A stretch of 64,000 nt of DNA from Chiloscyllium plagiosum (GCF_004010195.1 NC_057729.1:56814792-56878791), one strand, 5' to 3'. Shown: positions 25,371 through 37,800, numbered from the stretch's first letter. Program-made: numbers and translations. Notes: a model not told the origin generated them from the sequence alone.

Positions 25371-28089
25371 ATCCAACAACTTCACAAACACACAGTGAGG
25401 CCGTTAGCAAGCAGTGCAATTTCTTCAAATTTGCAGTGATCTGTAATTCACAGGGTAACTCTCTCTAACTTCGAGATGTTGGACAATTTGTTCATTATTA
25501 ATGGCAAGTCTCATTAAACTGCTACTATCCTGGCAGCAAATTTTGGTGAAGATGTGGTCCCTTTAAGGTTGGATATGACACTGCTATATTTCTGGACATG
25601 ATTTCAACAGGTTCAAAACCGTTTACGTGGAACAAATGAAGTACATGACTCACAGGAACATCAGTGCTTGTAATCTTCTGTTGTGGATGAGTGATACATA
25701 GCACAGGAGATTGCACACATACAGCATCCACACAAAAATATCACACGGGTCACTCTGCAGTAACTTTCCTGTCTATTATGCTTCATTGCCTCATCATAGA
25801 GCTATTTCCATTGAGGATCCTGTACATGCTGTCAACACAATTTGCCATGAACACTGTCTATTCTGAAAGAACTGCTTTATCACTCTTGTAGGCACCAATT
25901 AGTTTCTCATAGCCTTCCTGCCTCCCAAAGGCATATGTTCACAGGAGGTAGGTGTCACTGGCTGGGATAGCAGTCATTGCTGATCCCTATTTGTGCCTGG
26001 GTGGCTTGGTTGGCCATTTCAGAGAACAGTAAGAGCCAATCACGTTGCTGTGAGAATCACAACAGGCTGACTAAGGATGTCAGATTTCCTTCCCAGTGAA
26101 CAATTGACAGTGTTTACGTGGTCACCATTGAACTAGCTTTTAATTCAATATTATTTCCTGATTGAGTTCATTCTTCACCATCTGCCATGATGGGATTCAA
26201 ACCCATGTTCCCAGATCATTGGGGATTACTAATCCATGGCATTACCACTATACCGAAACGTTCCCCAAGTCCAACTGCAACATGGAACTAATATGAAAAC
26301 AGAAAAGTCTTGGGGCTGAATCTTAAATTTTTTTTGCTAAGTTCAAGTTGCATTGAGATTCTTAAAGGATTTTCACCATGAGGCCTTCTTACTGAGTTTT
26401 CTTACTGCTTCTTACCAAACCTGTTTCATTAATTCCCTACCCCGCACCTACAGTACTCTCATGTCTGATTCTGGTCACATCTTACCATGTGCTTTTTCCC
26501 AGAACAACTCATTATGCCAGGTTATTTTAGAACTCACTTATGACACCATGATCCTAGTAAATACCTGGACAAACACCATCAATCTGGAGCTGCCTGATAT
26601 GGTGTCCTGACATTTGCCACAGATGTAGCAGATGGGGGAAATCAGCAACTCTTCGTGTGGGCAAGATCCTGGTTCTGCTGACAGAGTGGTGCACTGATAG
26701 AGTGTCCCTCTCACTCTATCTCTGCTTCTATACCCATCTCCCACTGAGGCTCTTGTTTTACCACTCTCACTTTTGTTGTCACCCATCTCAATTCCTGGCA
26801 CCGCTAGCCCTGCATGCCCTCTGTGCTTCCTACTCACTCAGTAGGGAATCCTCCCTACCTGCACCAACAGTACCAGGTGGAATACAGCACACAATCAGGC
26901 AAAAAGATTCAAGAAAGGTTAGTGGTCTGCCCAACGTTCAGCTCCTCACTCCTCATTTGAACAGCATTCTGACAGTAACTTTCTCAGTCACTGACTGGCT
27001 ATTTTTCACCCCTGGACTAGTACCAGAGGCTGCCCTTGACTTATTGTGCCCGGATCCCTGAGCGAGGTTTATCCCCCATGATTTGACTGAGAACTGCTAA
27101 CAACCATGATGTGGCTGAGGTAAATGGTATGGCAAGACTGAAGTTATATCAGCTTTGTATCTCTGGCTGAGGAGGCAAAATGCAAAAAGGCAGAGCAAGA
27201 CAATGCTGGCCAAGGATGCTGTAAGCATCCAGGCAGGCTCCAAGAGATTGAACACTGTGAGAGCGAGTGAAGAGACCAAAGATACTGCATGGCCCAGTCC
27301 ATGAGCTGGGTGTGTGTCCCTGAGAACATTGTTTCCTTGCTGCAGCATTACAATGGTAACAATTACAATTGCAACCTTAGCTCCTGCACTGAGGTGTAGA
27401 GGCATGCTATAAGTGGATCATGAGAGTGTGCCATGAGGGTTCTTCGAGGTTGGCATATATTGGATGCAGTGTCCATGGGCATGGAATGTGTGAGGCTGGT
27501 GCTCATAGAGTGTGCCCTGAGATGTCAGCCCCACAACAGTAAAAGGGTCCCCTTGTTCTCACCTACCATCGCAGCAGCATCCACATGATTAATCGTCACT
27601 TCCGATACCTCCAGCTGGATGCCATCACCAGTTGTTTGGAGCAAGTGGCGGGCAGAATCCGGCTACACCCCTGGTTTCCATGTCACTTTTCCTTGATATC
27701 AATAGCCTGTTTAGTGAGTTTGGAAAGATTGAAAGCTGATTTATAAGGTGCATTGGGCCACCAGCAAGGCATTTCACAAACAATAATTCCCCTTAATTGG
27801 CAATTTGCTGCCGCCTGGTGAGAAACTCTCCATGCTACAGTGTAATAAAACAGAAAAGGTGGAGCAAGACAGTGCCAATGTTAAGAACATCCTTACCAGG
27901 TTTCCTGTCTAATTCTGCCACACATCTCACCATAGCCCATGTTGCTCAAACCCCTGAGAAGATTCCAAAGTAGAAAACGTTTAACAGATCAGGCATCTCC
28001 TGTGGTGAGAGAATTGAGCCTGGATAATTTGAATTTTTTCTCTTGGATTTTATAACCTATTGACACCACTGTGGCTGACAGGGCCCTCA

Positions 28090-29065
28090 GCCATGTCCAA
28101 CCCATCTCTTGCACTTTAGGCTTCACCCCCTCAGAGGTGAAAGGGTCCCCCTTATTCCCGTTACCATCCCAACAGTATCCACATTAGCCACCTTTTCCGC
28201 CACCTTTAGCCAGATGCCACCACCAAACACATATTCCTCTCCCCTCTCGTCAGCCTTTCACAGGGACTGTTTCCTCAAGGATACCTTGATCCACTCCCAA
28301 CACCTCCCCACATCCCCAAAGCATCTTCCCATGCCATCACAGAAGGTATAACACCTGCCCATTTACTTTGTCCCCAAAGGCCCCAGACACACCTTCCAGT
28401 TGAAGTAGCGGTTTACCTGCACTTACTCAATCTAGTTTACTGCGTTCTATGCTCACATTGTGGTCTCCTCTAATTGGAGAGATGAAACACAGACAGGGTG
28501 ACCCCTTTGCAGAACACCTAGGTTCTATCCTTAAAAATGACCCCAAGCTTTCAGTTGCCTGCCACTTCAATGCACCATCGTGTTCCCTGGCCAACATCTC
28601 TGTCTCAGGCTTGCTGCAGCTCCAGCAAAACTCAGCAAAAGCTGGAAGAACAGTGTCTCATTTTCTGTTTGGGAACCATGCAGCCTTCTGGATTCAATAT
28701 TAAATTCAATAATTTTAGGATCTGACCACCTCCCCTCAGTCCTTACCCCAACCTCCACGCATCAGGTCTTGTCATCACATGGGTTTCTGCCACAAACAAC
28801 CCATTATCATCCATTAATAATCACCATTAGCTGCTATTTATTCTCCCATTCCTTGTCTGCCCAACTGTTTTTCTCTCTCAATGGCTCCATCTCTATCTAT
28901 TGTTTACTCCTCCCCCACCCTGACTCCATCTTTAGCATATATACCAAACTTTTCCTAGCTACAATTAATTTTGAAGAAGGGTCACTGGATCTGAAATGTT
29001 AACTCTTTTTCCTCTCCATAGATGCTGCCAGACCTGCTGTGTTTTTTCAGTAATTTCTGTTTTTG
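28090..29065 (+). mobile_element. Penelope-like element 3' portion (GIY-YIG plus terminus with degenerate hammerhead, family C)
   Basis: PLSSAFHRDCFLKDTLIHS, IGEMKHRQGDPFAEHL...VACHFN and EEQCLIFCLGTMQPSGFNIKFNNFR; then TTGAAGAAGGGTCACTGGATCTGAAATGTT at about 28971-29000. Confidence 0.85.
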
Positions 29066-29726
29066 TCAGAGCTCTTAAAAAAAATGTCTGACATAAACCA
29101 ATTAGCTAGAGGGTCAACAGCATCTCTCCAAATTAATGCTTCAAGGTCAATGGATCACGTCCTTCCCTGCTGTGTTTGTCAATTGAAATATAATTCTTAG
29201 GCACAGGGGAAAGTGCATTGGGAGCCAAATGGGCTTCTAGGATATTCATTCACATTGTTGATGAGAATCTTGAAGCTGTATCGTACAGAATTACACTATT
29301 TACTCATTGAGTCTGTATCACTTTCTCCCCCATACAATGGCAATTTTTCCTGCATTGTGTACTGTCCAGTTCCCTTCTGAAAGCTATAAAGCTGTAGCCA
29401 ACAACTCATCAGGCTGTGTATCCAAATCCAAGCCACTTCTACCATTGAGATATATTTTCCCTCATTTGCCTATGGTTCTTTTGTAATCATTTTAAGTTCT
29501 GATAAATTGAGTTTGCTAAATTATTTATCTTAGTGAAAACTTAACAAATTAGCACAATTGTTCATCATTACTCTGAGGCTTTATAGATGACTTTGGAGGG
29601 TAGTTACTTGTTAACCACACTCATCTGGGCTGGAGTCACATATCAACTGGGCGAGAATAGTGATCCAAACACATTCATGAACCAGATGAGCTTTTAAAAG
29701 ACAATCCAACAACCTCATAGACACTT

Positions 29727-30190
29727 AGAGTCATAGAGATGTACAGCACGGAAACAGACCCTTCGGTCCATGCCGACCAGATATCCCAACCCAATCTAGT
29801 TCCACCTGCCAGCACTTGGCCCATATCCTTCAAAACCCTTCCTATTCATATACCCATCCAAATGCCTCTTAAATGTTGCAATTGTACCAACCTCTACCAC
29901 TTCCTCTGGCAGCTCATTCTATGCACGTACCACCCTCTGTGGAAAAAGTTGCCCCTTAGGTCTCTTTTATATCTTTCCCCTCTCACCCTAAACCTATGCC
30001 CTCTAGTTCTGGACTCCCCTACCCCAGGGAAAAGACTTTGTCTACTTCCCTTTCCATGCCCCTCATAATTTTGTAAACCTTTATAAGGTCACCCCTCAGC
30101 CTCCGACGCTCCAGGGAAAACAGCCCCAGCCTGTTCAGCCTCTCCCTATAGCTCAAATCCTCCAACCCTGGCAACATCCTTGTAAATCTT
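29727..30190 (-). mobile_element. CR1 LINE 3' end (young)
   Basis: Near-identical to 56095-56610; lies about 400 bp upstream of the ABRA-like TATA box. Confidence 0.9.
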
Positions 30191-30584
30191 TATTCTCATG
30201 GCATATGAACTCATATTCTTTGGATCATTAGTTTAAGGCTCAGGATTGCTGGTCTGGTAATATAACCACAAAGTTGCCATACCATATTAACCCTGTATTC
30301 TTCCTTCCACTGTTGCAGCATTGTTTTGCCCCAGATAATATTGCTTTCGTCTTGAGAGAGACTCCGCTGGATGTGAGTTAGTTGGATCAGATAGACTGCA
30401 CTAATCCTGTCTCTGTCCACCTGTCACTTTAATATAGAATGTAGCTTGACATAATTTTGCAGAGACTGGAGCACAGCCAAGTCCTCAGAGTGAAAGCCTA
30501 TCTGTGATGGGTACATTTCCATGGCTCAGACTGAGCCAGGAGCTTGTCCTGAAACTGAAATACCGCTCATGCTTTAAATACCTT

Positions 30585-30612
30585 CCAATCAACGTTCTAT
30601 ATAAAGCAGCTG
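30585..30612 (+). promoter_or_regulatory. Core promoter of the ABRA-like gene (TATA box, E-box)
   Basis: TATATAAA at 30598-30605, about 95 bp upstream of the ATG; CAGCTG 30607-30612; CCAAT 30585-30589. Confidence 0.65.
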
Positions 30613-30694
30613 AAATCAATCTCATCCAGTGCTGAGTTAAAGCTCAACAAGGCTGAACACATACTTCCTCGCTCTGTGAGCTGCTCACGCCACA

Positions 30695-31777
30695 ATGAAT
30701 ACCGAAACCAGGTCTCCAAGACCAGCCAGTAAAGCCATCAAGAAATTCAGGTGCGTCTCCCTGGTGAACAGTTTGGCCAAAAACTGGCAGAAATGGGCAA
30801 ATGAGCATTCGCTAAGACAGAAATCAGAGCCTCAAGGCTGGCTCCCTGAAGGTTTTAAAGATGATGACCCTGTCAAGGAAAACAGAAGCTGGATCACCAA
30901 GCAGGAAAGGCCAGCAAAGGTTCTCCAAATTAAACCCGAAAGCACCCGGCCTGGCAGAAATGTGAATTCTAGCAAGGAGCTGAGTGGATCTCAAGGAACA
31001 GAACTGAGCATCAGAACTATTCCAGTCACTAAAACAGTAAATAACAGATCCAAGTCAGGGAGTAACGAGCTGGTGAGTTTCATGGCTGACCGTTTCAATC
31101 AGACAGAACCAGATGTGGCACCAAAACCATTTTTGGCCAACAGGTCACCGACAAGGAGGCGTTTGTGTCACAAGAAGGCATCGGAGATCTCACAAACTTG
31201 GGAGAAGTGGGAGAAGGAAGAGAAAGGCAGCGTGACTGGCGAAGACAGGAGCAGTGGAGGAGAGAAAAGGAAGGAGAAAGAACCTAAAAAGAAGGATGAT
31301 GCAGCTGACAGAGGGAAAAGGAAGAGATCAGTCCCAAATTCCCAAGTGCGCACGATGGAAGACCTGAAGAAGGCCTGGCTGAGATGGGCCGAGGATCACA
31401 TTGAGAGGCAAAAGACAAACCCTTTCAGTGATGAGTTTGACTACGATTATGCCAAAAACCTCCGATTGAAGAAGGGAGATCAGGGCTATGGACAGCCAAA
31501 GGAGGGAAGCAAGACGGCAGAGAGAGGCCAGCGAGCTCAGGAACACGTGTACAAGGAAATGCAGGAGATGTGCTTCATTATCAGGACCATGGGGATACTG
31601 GGAGTGGATGGGAAAACCAGGGTTACCTTTGGCAATCTGTTTGACAGATATGTTACTGTCTCAGATAAAGTCGTTGGGATTTTGATGAGGGCCAGGAAGC
31701 ATGGACTGCTAGACTTTCAGGGCGAAATGTTATGGAAGGGAGAGCACGATGATGTCGTTATTACACTTAATGAATGA
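30695..31777 (+). CDS. ABRA-like: Actin-binding Rho-activating protein-like (STARS/MS1 family), single exon, 360 aa
   Basis: Uninterrupted ORF with Kozak ACAATG. N-terminal SLAKNWQKWANEH..RQ..EP, RSPTRRR motif, QKTNPFSDEFDY, KGDQGYGQPKEGSKTAERG, and C-terminal Costars domain VTFGNLFDRYVTVSDKVVGILMRARKHGLLDFQGEMLWKGEHDDVVITL. Confidence 0.93.
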   Translation: MNTETRSPRPASKAIKKFRCVSLVNSLAKNWQKWANEHSLRQKSEPQGWLPEGFKDDDPVKENRSWITKQERPAKVLQIKPESTRPGRNVNSSKELSGSQGTELSIRTIPVTKTVNNRSKSGSNELVSFMADRFNQTEPDVAPKPFLANRSPTRRRLCHKKASEISQTWEKWEKEEKGSVTGEDRSSGGEKRKEKEPKKKDDAADRGKRKRSVPNSQVRTMEDLKKAWLRWAEDHIERQKTNPFSDEFDYDYAKNLRLKKGDQGYGQPKEGSKTAERGQRAQEHVYKEMQEMCFIIRTMGILGVDGKTRVTFGNLFDRYVTVSDKVVGILMRARKHGLLDFQGEMLWKGEHDDVVITLNE

Positions 31778-31985
31778 TGTTTCGAGTTTTAGAATCAAAT
31801 ACATTGCATCTGTCACAAAATGAAACACAAGGTTTGGTTCTTAAAAAAAATTCTTTCAAAATGAAAGCACATTATATCTCCTTGGAATAGGTGGATTGGA
31901 TTTGAGGATCCAAATGAGGAGACTGTTTTATATTTCCTTTCAGTAATCTTAATTTTTGATTTCTTATGTCAGTTGATTTGATCAA

Positions 31986-31991
31986 AATAAA
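31986..31991 (+). terminator. Candidate poly(A) signal of the ABRA-like gene
   Basis: AATAAA about 210 bp after the stop, followed by T/GT-rich sequence. Confidence 0.55.
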
Positions 31992-32319
31992 AATGAATTA
32001 TGTTGAAGATTTGAATTGATTGTCCACCAAATCTGAAAAAAATTGATTATTTGTAAAAAGCCAAGGAAGTTTTCAGATAAATATTGAAGGAAAAGTTCAG
32101 GGAGGGTCTTGCAGAGCTAGAGACCAATGCAGCTTAATGCACAGTGCTCTAGCTCAAATGGTTAATATTGAGCTGAAAAGGATAGGATTTCAGGATGTTT
32201 ATAGCACTGGGGGAGGTTGTATAGATAGAGTGGGGCAATATTCTAGAAGGATTTGCAAAAAGTACAAAATATTACCCCCCTCCTGACACAAAAGCAGAGT
32301 CATGCCTTCAGGGGTGATG

Positions 32320-32675
32320 GTGACGCAGTAATGTCACTGGAGCAATAACCCATAGACATAGATTAATGTTCTTGGAGCATTAATGAGCAAAATGACAATT
32401 AGTGGAATTTAAATTCAATTCTAGATGAGATACTCTCTTGGATGACGCTCATGAAATGATCCTTGTTGGAAAAGAAAACAATCCGGTTCACTAATATCCT
32501 GTAGGAAGGGAACTTAGTGTCTTCCATGTCTAAATGAGAGGCCTGGCCTTCATGTGATGCCAGATCCACAATGTAGTTCACTCTTAACTGCCCTCTGAAA
32601 TGATCTAGAGCCACTAAGATCATCTGCTGGCCTTTCCAGTGATGCCCAGATCCTGTGAAAGACTAAATCATTAAA
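32320..32675 (+). mobile_element. tRNA-head SINE sharing the AATGCTGGCC-type tail (other copies at about 22330-22450 and 53165-53520)
   Basis: GTAATGTCACTGG..., GGTTCACTAAT...GGAAGG, CTCTTAACTGCCCTCTGAAATG and GCTGGCCTTTCCAGTGATGCCCA. Confidence 0.55.
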
Positions 32676-34046
32676 ATGCTTTGGTACATGATTGCAAAAC
32701 TGGGGAAAACTTGCTTTTATATAGATCAAATATAGAAGTGGGCCTAAAACCAGTAAGTACATCTGCTCAGTGAGATGGATTAGTGTTTTCTCATGTTACT
32801 ATCTGCTTCTCAGCTCATAGTTTATGCATGTGGGTGTCAGGACAAGAAGGACCGTTGAATTATTTTTACTGCCCTCTCGCCTGTATGTGTTTTGGGTAAT
32901 TTATAATTCTATTTTCTCATTTTTCTCAGATGATGGTGTGTTTCACTAAATCCTGTTTGTGAAGTCCAATTTAAAATGACTCGCTGGAAATTCTCGAGGA
33001 TTAAATAAGGGTTTATTCCTGTTTCAAAACCCAGGCAATGGCTTGTGACACTCATTCAGTCACACATGCAGCCAAGAGCGAAAGAGAAGAGAAAGGAAAA
33101 ATGTTAAAAATTACAATCATTCCACAGAAATGTCAGGCAATAACCATCTCCAACAAGAGAGAACCTAACCATTGTGCCTTGATATTCAATGGTGTTACCA
33201 TCACTGAATTTCCCTATCAACATACATTGATCTGAACCAGTTATATAAATATAGTGACTATAAGAGCAGTCTTAGACTGTGAATCCCACAGACAATAATT
33301 CATCCCTAACTTCACAAAGCCTGTTCACCATCCACAAGGTACAATTTAGGAATATGATGGAATACTCCCCACATCTCAAGGGCAACTTGGGACAGGCAAT
33401 AAATGCTGGCCAGCAAGCAATACTCATGGTCCCACAAATGAATAAAAATAACATTGCCTGGATGACTGCAGATCCAATAACACTCAAGAAGCTTAATACT
33501 ATCCAGGACAAAACTCACTTGATTGGCACCACACTCACTCCCTCCATCACTGACACTGAGTAACAGTACTGTGTACTATCTATGAGATGCAATACAGAAA
33601 TTCCTTCAAAATAACATGGATTACACACAACATATATTCTCTCAAAAGGGAAAGGTAGGACAAACAACTCCAAAGCTCCCTAGATGACAATGTAGAGAGA
33701 AGGTAAGTTGAAGAAAGAGGTGTGTTTACAACATGTGGCAGGGAGAAAATAAAATTGAGAACCAAGCTGAATACGGAAGGTTCAGAGGTGATGTGAAAAG
33801 GCAAATAAGAGAAGCAAAGAAGGATTATGAAAAAAGACTAGCAAATAGGTAAATCCCTAAGTTTTTTATAAGTACATCAATCGTACAAGAATGTTAAAAG
33901 GATTTGGGACAATGAGGACCAAAAAGGTGATTCATACATGGAGACAGGAGGCATAGCTGGGTTGTTAAATGAATACTTGAATCTGTCTTTACCCAAGAGG
34001 CAGATGCTGCCCACATTGTTGTGACAGAGAAGAGCTTAAAATTGAT

Positions 34047-35421
34047 TTTTTTAGTTTCAAAAATACACTTTATTTATAAAAAAATTTTTATATACACACA
34101 TAATCACTAAAGCAGTTTGGTTTTGTACAGTCCTTGCATAGGAAGGAAGGAAGGAAGACAAACAAACAAACATTAGAAATTGGCTTTCATGACAGTTCTA
34201 AAAAAGAGCATAATGCAAGATACTATTCACATATACTTGAGGCATTGGGAAGGTCCAATAACTGAACAGTCTCCCATTGTACTTTGGCTAAAATCTCTTA
34301 GACGGTAGTCTTTCCCCACTGTACCTTGGCAGCAAGTGCCCCAAGCTTTACTGCATCCCTCAGCACATTTTCCTGGATCTTGCGATGTGCCAGTCTGCCA
34401 CATTCAAAGTCAACTCCTTGCACTGGAAGACCAACAGGTTTCAGGCAGACCAAAGAGCACCTTTCACTAAGTTGATGATCCTCCAAGTGGGCAGTCGATG
34501 TTTGTCTCAGTATGTGTCCCTAGGAACAGGCTGTACAGCACAGATTCCTGTGTCATGGAGCTGCTCGGAACGAACCTCAACAAAAACCACAGCATCTCTC
34601 TCCAGACCTATCTAGCAAAGGCATATTCTAGCAAGAGATGTGGGCATTCTCTATCACCGCCCCCACCAAAAGCAGCGTGTAGTGGCACAGGATTTCACAG
34701 GTCATGCCCTTCTCACCATCAGCCAAGTAATGTCTTGGTGCTTGTTGGCAAGTTCTGCCAGGAGGCATTCTACAAATGACCTTGATAGTCTGCTCAGGAA
34801 ACCACCTGACAGGATCCACCCTCTCCTTTTCCCACATGGTCTCAAAGTCACTACATACTGACCGCTTCCTGATGGTCTTGTGGTCAAAGATGTTTTTCTT
34901 TGCAAATTTCTCCACAAAGTACAGGTGATACAGAATAATCCAACTACTTGGAGCATTCTACAGTGCCAAGGCCACTCCCAACCTTAACACCAGGGACAGG
35001 TAGAACCTCAGTATCATTTTTGACATTTGGTACCGAGGAGAAAGTGAGGACTGCAGATGCTGGAGATCAGAGCTGAAAAATGTGTTGCTGGAAAAGCACA
35101 GCAGGTCAGGCAGCATCCAAGGAGCAGGAGAATCGACGTTTTGGGCATGAGCCCTTTTTCAGTTACCGAGGGTCTACCAAGATTGATGCAGCCACACACA
35201 AAGGTGACCACCAGGATGAGAGCAGTGTTGGCTACGCCGAGCTTTGCACATGGTGCCCTTGCAGATCCAGTCCATCCTAGACCTCCTGATGAAATGGAAG
35301 ATGGCCGGGGTGACTGGAACAGCACAGGTTCTGGGAATGGACCAGATATATGCAACATGTACAACAACACCGAGAATACCTCACATCTGATGACCAGGTT
35401 TTTACCTACAATGGAGAGGTG
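34047..35421 (-). mobile_element. Tx1-clade non-LTR retrotransposon, 5'-truncated
   Basis: Minus frames MEKFAKKNIFDHK...DPVRWFPEQT, ELANKHQDITWLMVRRA and ENVLRDAVKLGALAAKVQWGKTTV; AATAAA plus A tail; 18-bp TSD GAAGAG(C/T)TTAAAATTGAT (34029-34046, 35422-35439). Confidence 0.8.
35039..35163 (-). mobile_element. Penelope-like terminal fragment (family B) nested in the Tx1 element
   Basis: 8-bp TSD TACCGAGG (35031-35038, 35164-35171); degenerate hammerhead CTGAAAAAGGGCTCATGCCCAAAACGTC on the minus strand. Confidence 0.75.
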
Positions 35422-36544
35422 GAAGAGTTTAAAATTGATAAGAAAGAGTCAAATAAGAAGAAGTTTGTATTCACCAGAACTTGGAAGATGAAGTCTACTC
35501 TGCCAGGGACATGACTCCATATATGCTGAGTTTCTCCAGTACTTTCTGTTTTCCTTACACAAAAGATATATATGATTAGGTTTGTCAGCACACACATTTC
35601 CTGGTTTGGTCTAACAAGACTGCATGACTCTATGACACGTAAATATCATTCCAGGGGCTTGGGTGTTAATGAGTATTCATAACATACAAACAAATGCAAA
35701 AGATGTTCCTGACAGGTCAGCAAAGTTGATTTGCCTGGAATATTCTGAGAATTTAATAGAAAAATTTTAAGCTGCCATGGGGAAACTGGATTCTTCCCTC
35801 CTGACCAATTAGATTCTCCTGCCTGACCTTCTAAATGCTCCAGATATTCTGTCAGGCAAGAAGATTCCATGCTTTGATTTTTTAATGAGGATTAGTACAA
35901 GTGTAAAAACCCTCATCAATATAAACATCACAAATAGTTTTCCGCAAGACAATTTATTTCATTTTACTCCAGCTTGCTGTACTTTTTTTAAGATAAACAT
36001 CACCTTTGAAAGGTGAAATATTATGTTACGAGCACTGTAAATGTTGGATGAATGTCATGACCTGCAAGAAGCAAGAGAATCATCATTATGGGTTAAATTT
36101 TCTGAGCCCATGATGTACTTGGGAATTTTGTGCATGCAATGAGGTTTTCACATAATATTTAGATCCATGTGTGAAAGAAAGCAAACATATCCATTAAAAA
36201 ATGTCAGAATGTACTGACCATTCTGCTCTGGCATTTTTCTCCATTGCTCCTTTTAGCCATCCACACCTTCTATCCACACACATTCCTGATTCATTTTTCC
36301 TAAATTCCCATACCACTGTATCTCTTCCTGAATCCTCATATTCTCCTCTCCTGCCCAAATCTACCCCAAGTGCCAACATACAATTATCCTATACAAAAAA
36401 AGCCAAACAACTGCAGATGCTGGAAATAGAAATAAAATGGAAATTGTCGGAGGAAAAACAGCAGGTCTAGCAGCATAAGAGAAAGCATAGTTAACATTTC
36501 ACGTCCAGTGACCTTTCTTCAGAACGTTTTGTTTTTTACAATAA

Positions 36545-37710
36545 TCCTATTCCCTCTCTCTTCAGTCCTGTCCCCTTCAGCTCCCCTAATATTTCTCCTC
36601 ACTCCCTCTTTTCTCCCATTTCCATTTCATTTCCCACTTTCTCCCTTCCTCCTTTCACTCTCACTCCCTCCTCTACCATTCAGTTCCTCTTTTATCCACT
36701 CTTACTCCCTGCTTCGACCTTCCAACCATTCCAATCTCCTTCACACCTTTCACTCTTTTCTTTATCCTTCACTGCATGTTTCCTCCTTCCTTCCATCCTC
36801 TCTCTCTCCCTAACTTTACCCTTCACTCCCTCCTTCCATTCTCTTTCTCTCTCCCTAACATTATCCTTCATTCACTCCTTTCATTCTCTCTCTTTTTTTT
36901 TATTTCAAAAATATACTTTATTCATAAAATAATTTGATGGTCTGTACAGTTGGTCATGCCATATATATGTAAACATTTACGTACTGAGATCAGAATTTAT
37001 CATTTTTATATACAGGTCTGTATGTTTATCAATCATACGTCCATATATTTAGCTGAAGCGTCACCAGAGCCCAAATGACTGCATGGGTCCCCTGTTCTTC
37101 TTAGGCAAGCAGATGTTACACAGTGGTCTTTCCCCACCGTGCCTTGGCGTCCCTCAACACGTAGTCCTGGACCTTGGAATGTGCCGGTCTGCAACACTCA
37201 GTCGGGGTCAACTCCTTCAGCTGGAAGATCAACAGGTTTCGGAACGTCCAAAGAGCGTCCTTCACCGAGTTGATGATCCTCCAGCATAGTTGATGTTCGT
37301 CTCGGTGTGCATCCCGGGGAACAGACCATAGAGCACGGAGTCCCGCGTCACGGAGCTGCTTGGGACGAACCTCGACAAACACCACTGCATTCCTCTCCAG
37401 ACTTCTTCTGCGTAGGCACATTCCAGAAGGAGGTGTTTGACAGTCTCATCCCCCCCCCAGCCGCTTTCAAGGCAGCGTGCGGTGGGGCTGAGAGTCCAGG
37501 CATGCATAAAGGATCTCACAGGCAGAGCCAAGCCATGTCTTTCTCTCTCCCTCACTTTACCCTTCACTCCCTCCTTCCTTCCATCCTCTCTCTCTCCCTA
37601 ACTTTACCCTTCACTCCTTCCTTTCATCCTCTTTCTCTCTCTAACTTTACCCTTTACTCCTTCCTTCCTTTACCTTTAGTTCTGCCTTTACCTTGCCTTT
37701 TCTCCTTCCA
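36545..37710. repeat. Pyrimidine-rich low-complexity/minisatellite tract (about 45-bp unit) split by a Tx1 insertion
   Basis: CTTTACCCTTCACTCCCTCCTTCC...TCTCTCTCCCTAA units at about 36740-36892 and 37541-37680. Confidence 0.8.
36893..37540 (-). mobile_element. Tx1-clade non-LTR retrotransposon 3' end
   Basis: Zinc-knuckle CLESGWGGDETVKHLLLEC, CWRIINSVKDALW and DYVLRDAKARWGKTTV; AATAAA plus poly(A); flanked by TTCTCTCTC on both sides. Confidence 0.85.
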
Positions 37711-37800
37711 CCCAATCAGTGACGAGCCGTTGTGCATGCGCAGAACTTAAGGGGAAAAGACTACATCTCCCAGGATGCCTAGCCCGATGCGCCTGCGCAG
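37710..37800 (+). promoter_or_regulatory. TIMMDC1 promoter: CCAAT, two NRF1 sites and a ZNF143 (SBS) motif
   Basis: CCAAT 37712-37716; TGTGCATGCGCA 37731-37742; ACTACATCTCCCAGGATGC 37760-37778; TGCGCCTGCGCA 37788-37799; local CpG enrichment. Confidence 0.8.

Noticed and set aside
26310-27970. Possible Harbinger transposase remnant and ORFs of 134 and 102 aa
   Set aside because: Only vague motif resemblance; no convincing catalytic motifs or terminal repeats could be read.
30570-30606. MEF2 or CArG sites in the ABRA-like proximal promoter
   Set aside because: CTTTAAATAC and CTATATAAAG each deviate from YTA(W)4TAR, and no CC(W)6GG was seen; only the TATA box is kept.
35014-35491. 144-aa and 118-aa ORFs
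   Set aside because: They span a Penelope-like fragment and the strands of a Tx1 element; chimeric repeat translations.
36508-37750. Hydrophobic Leu/Ser/Phe/Pro-rich ORFs resembling membrane proteins
   Set aside because: Products of a pyrimidine-rich low-complexity tract and an antisense Tx1 sequence.
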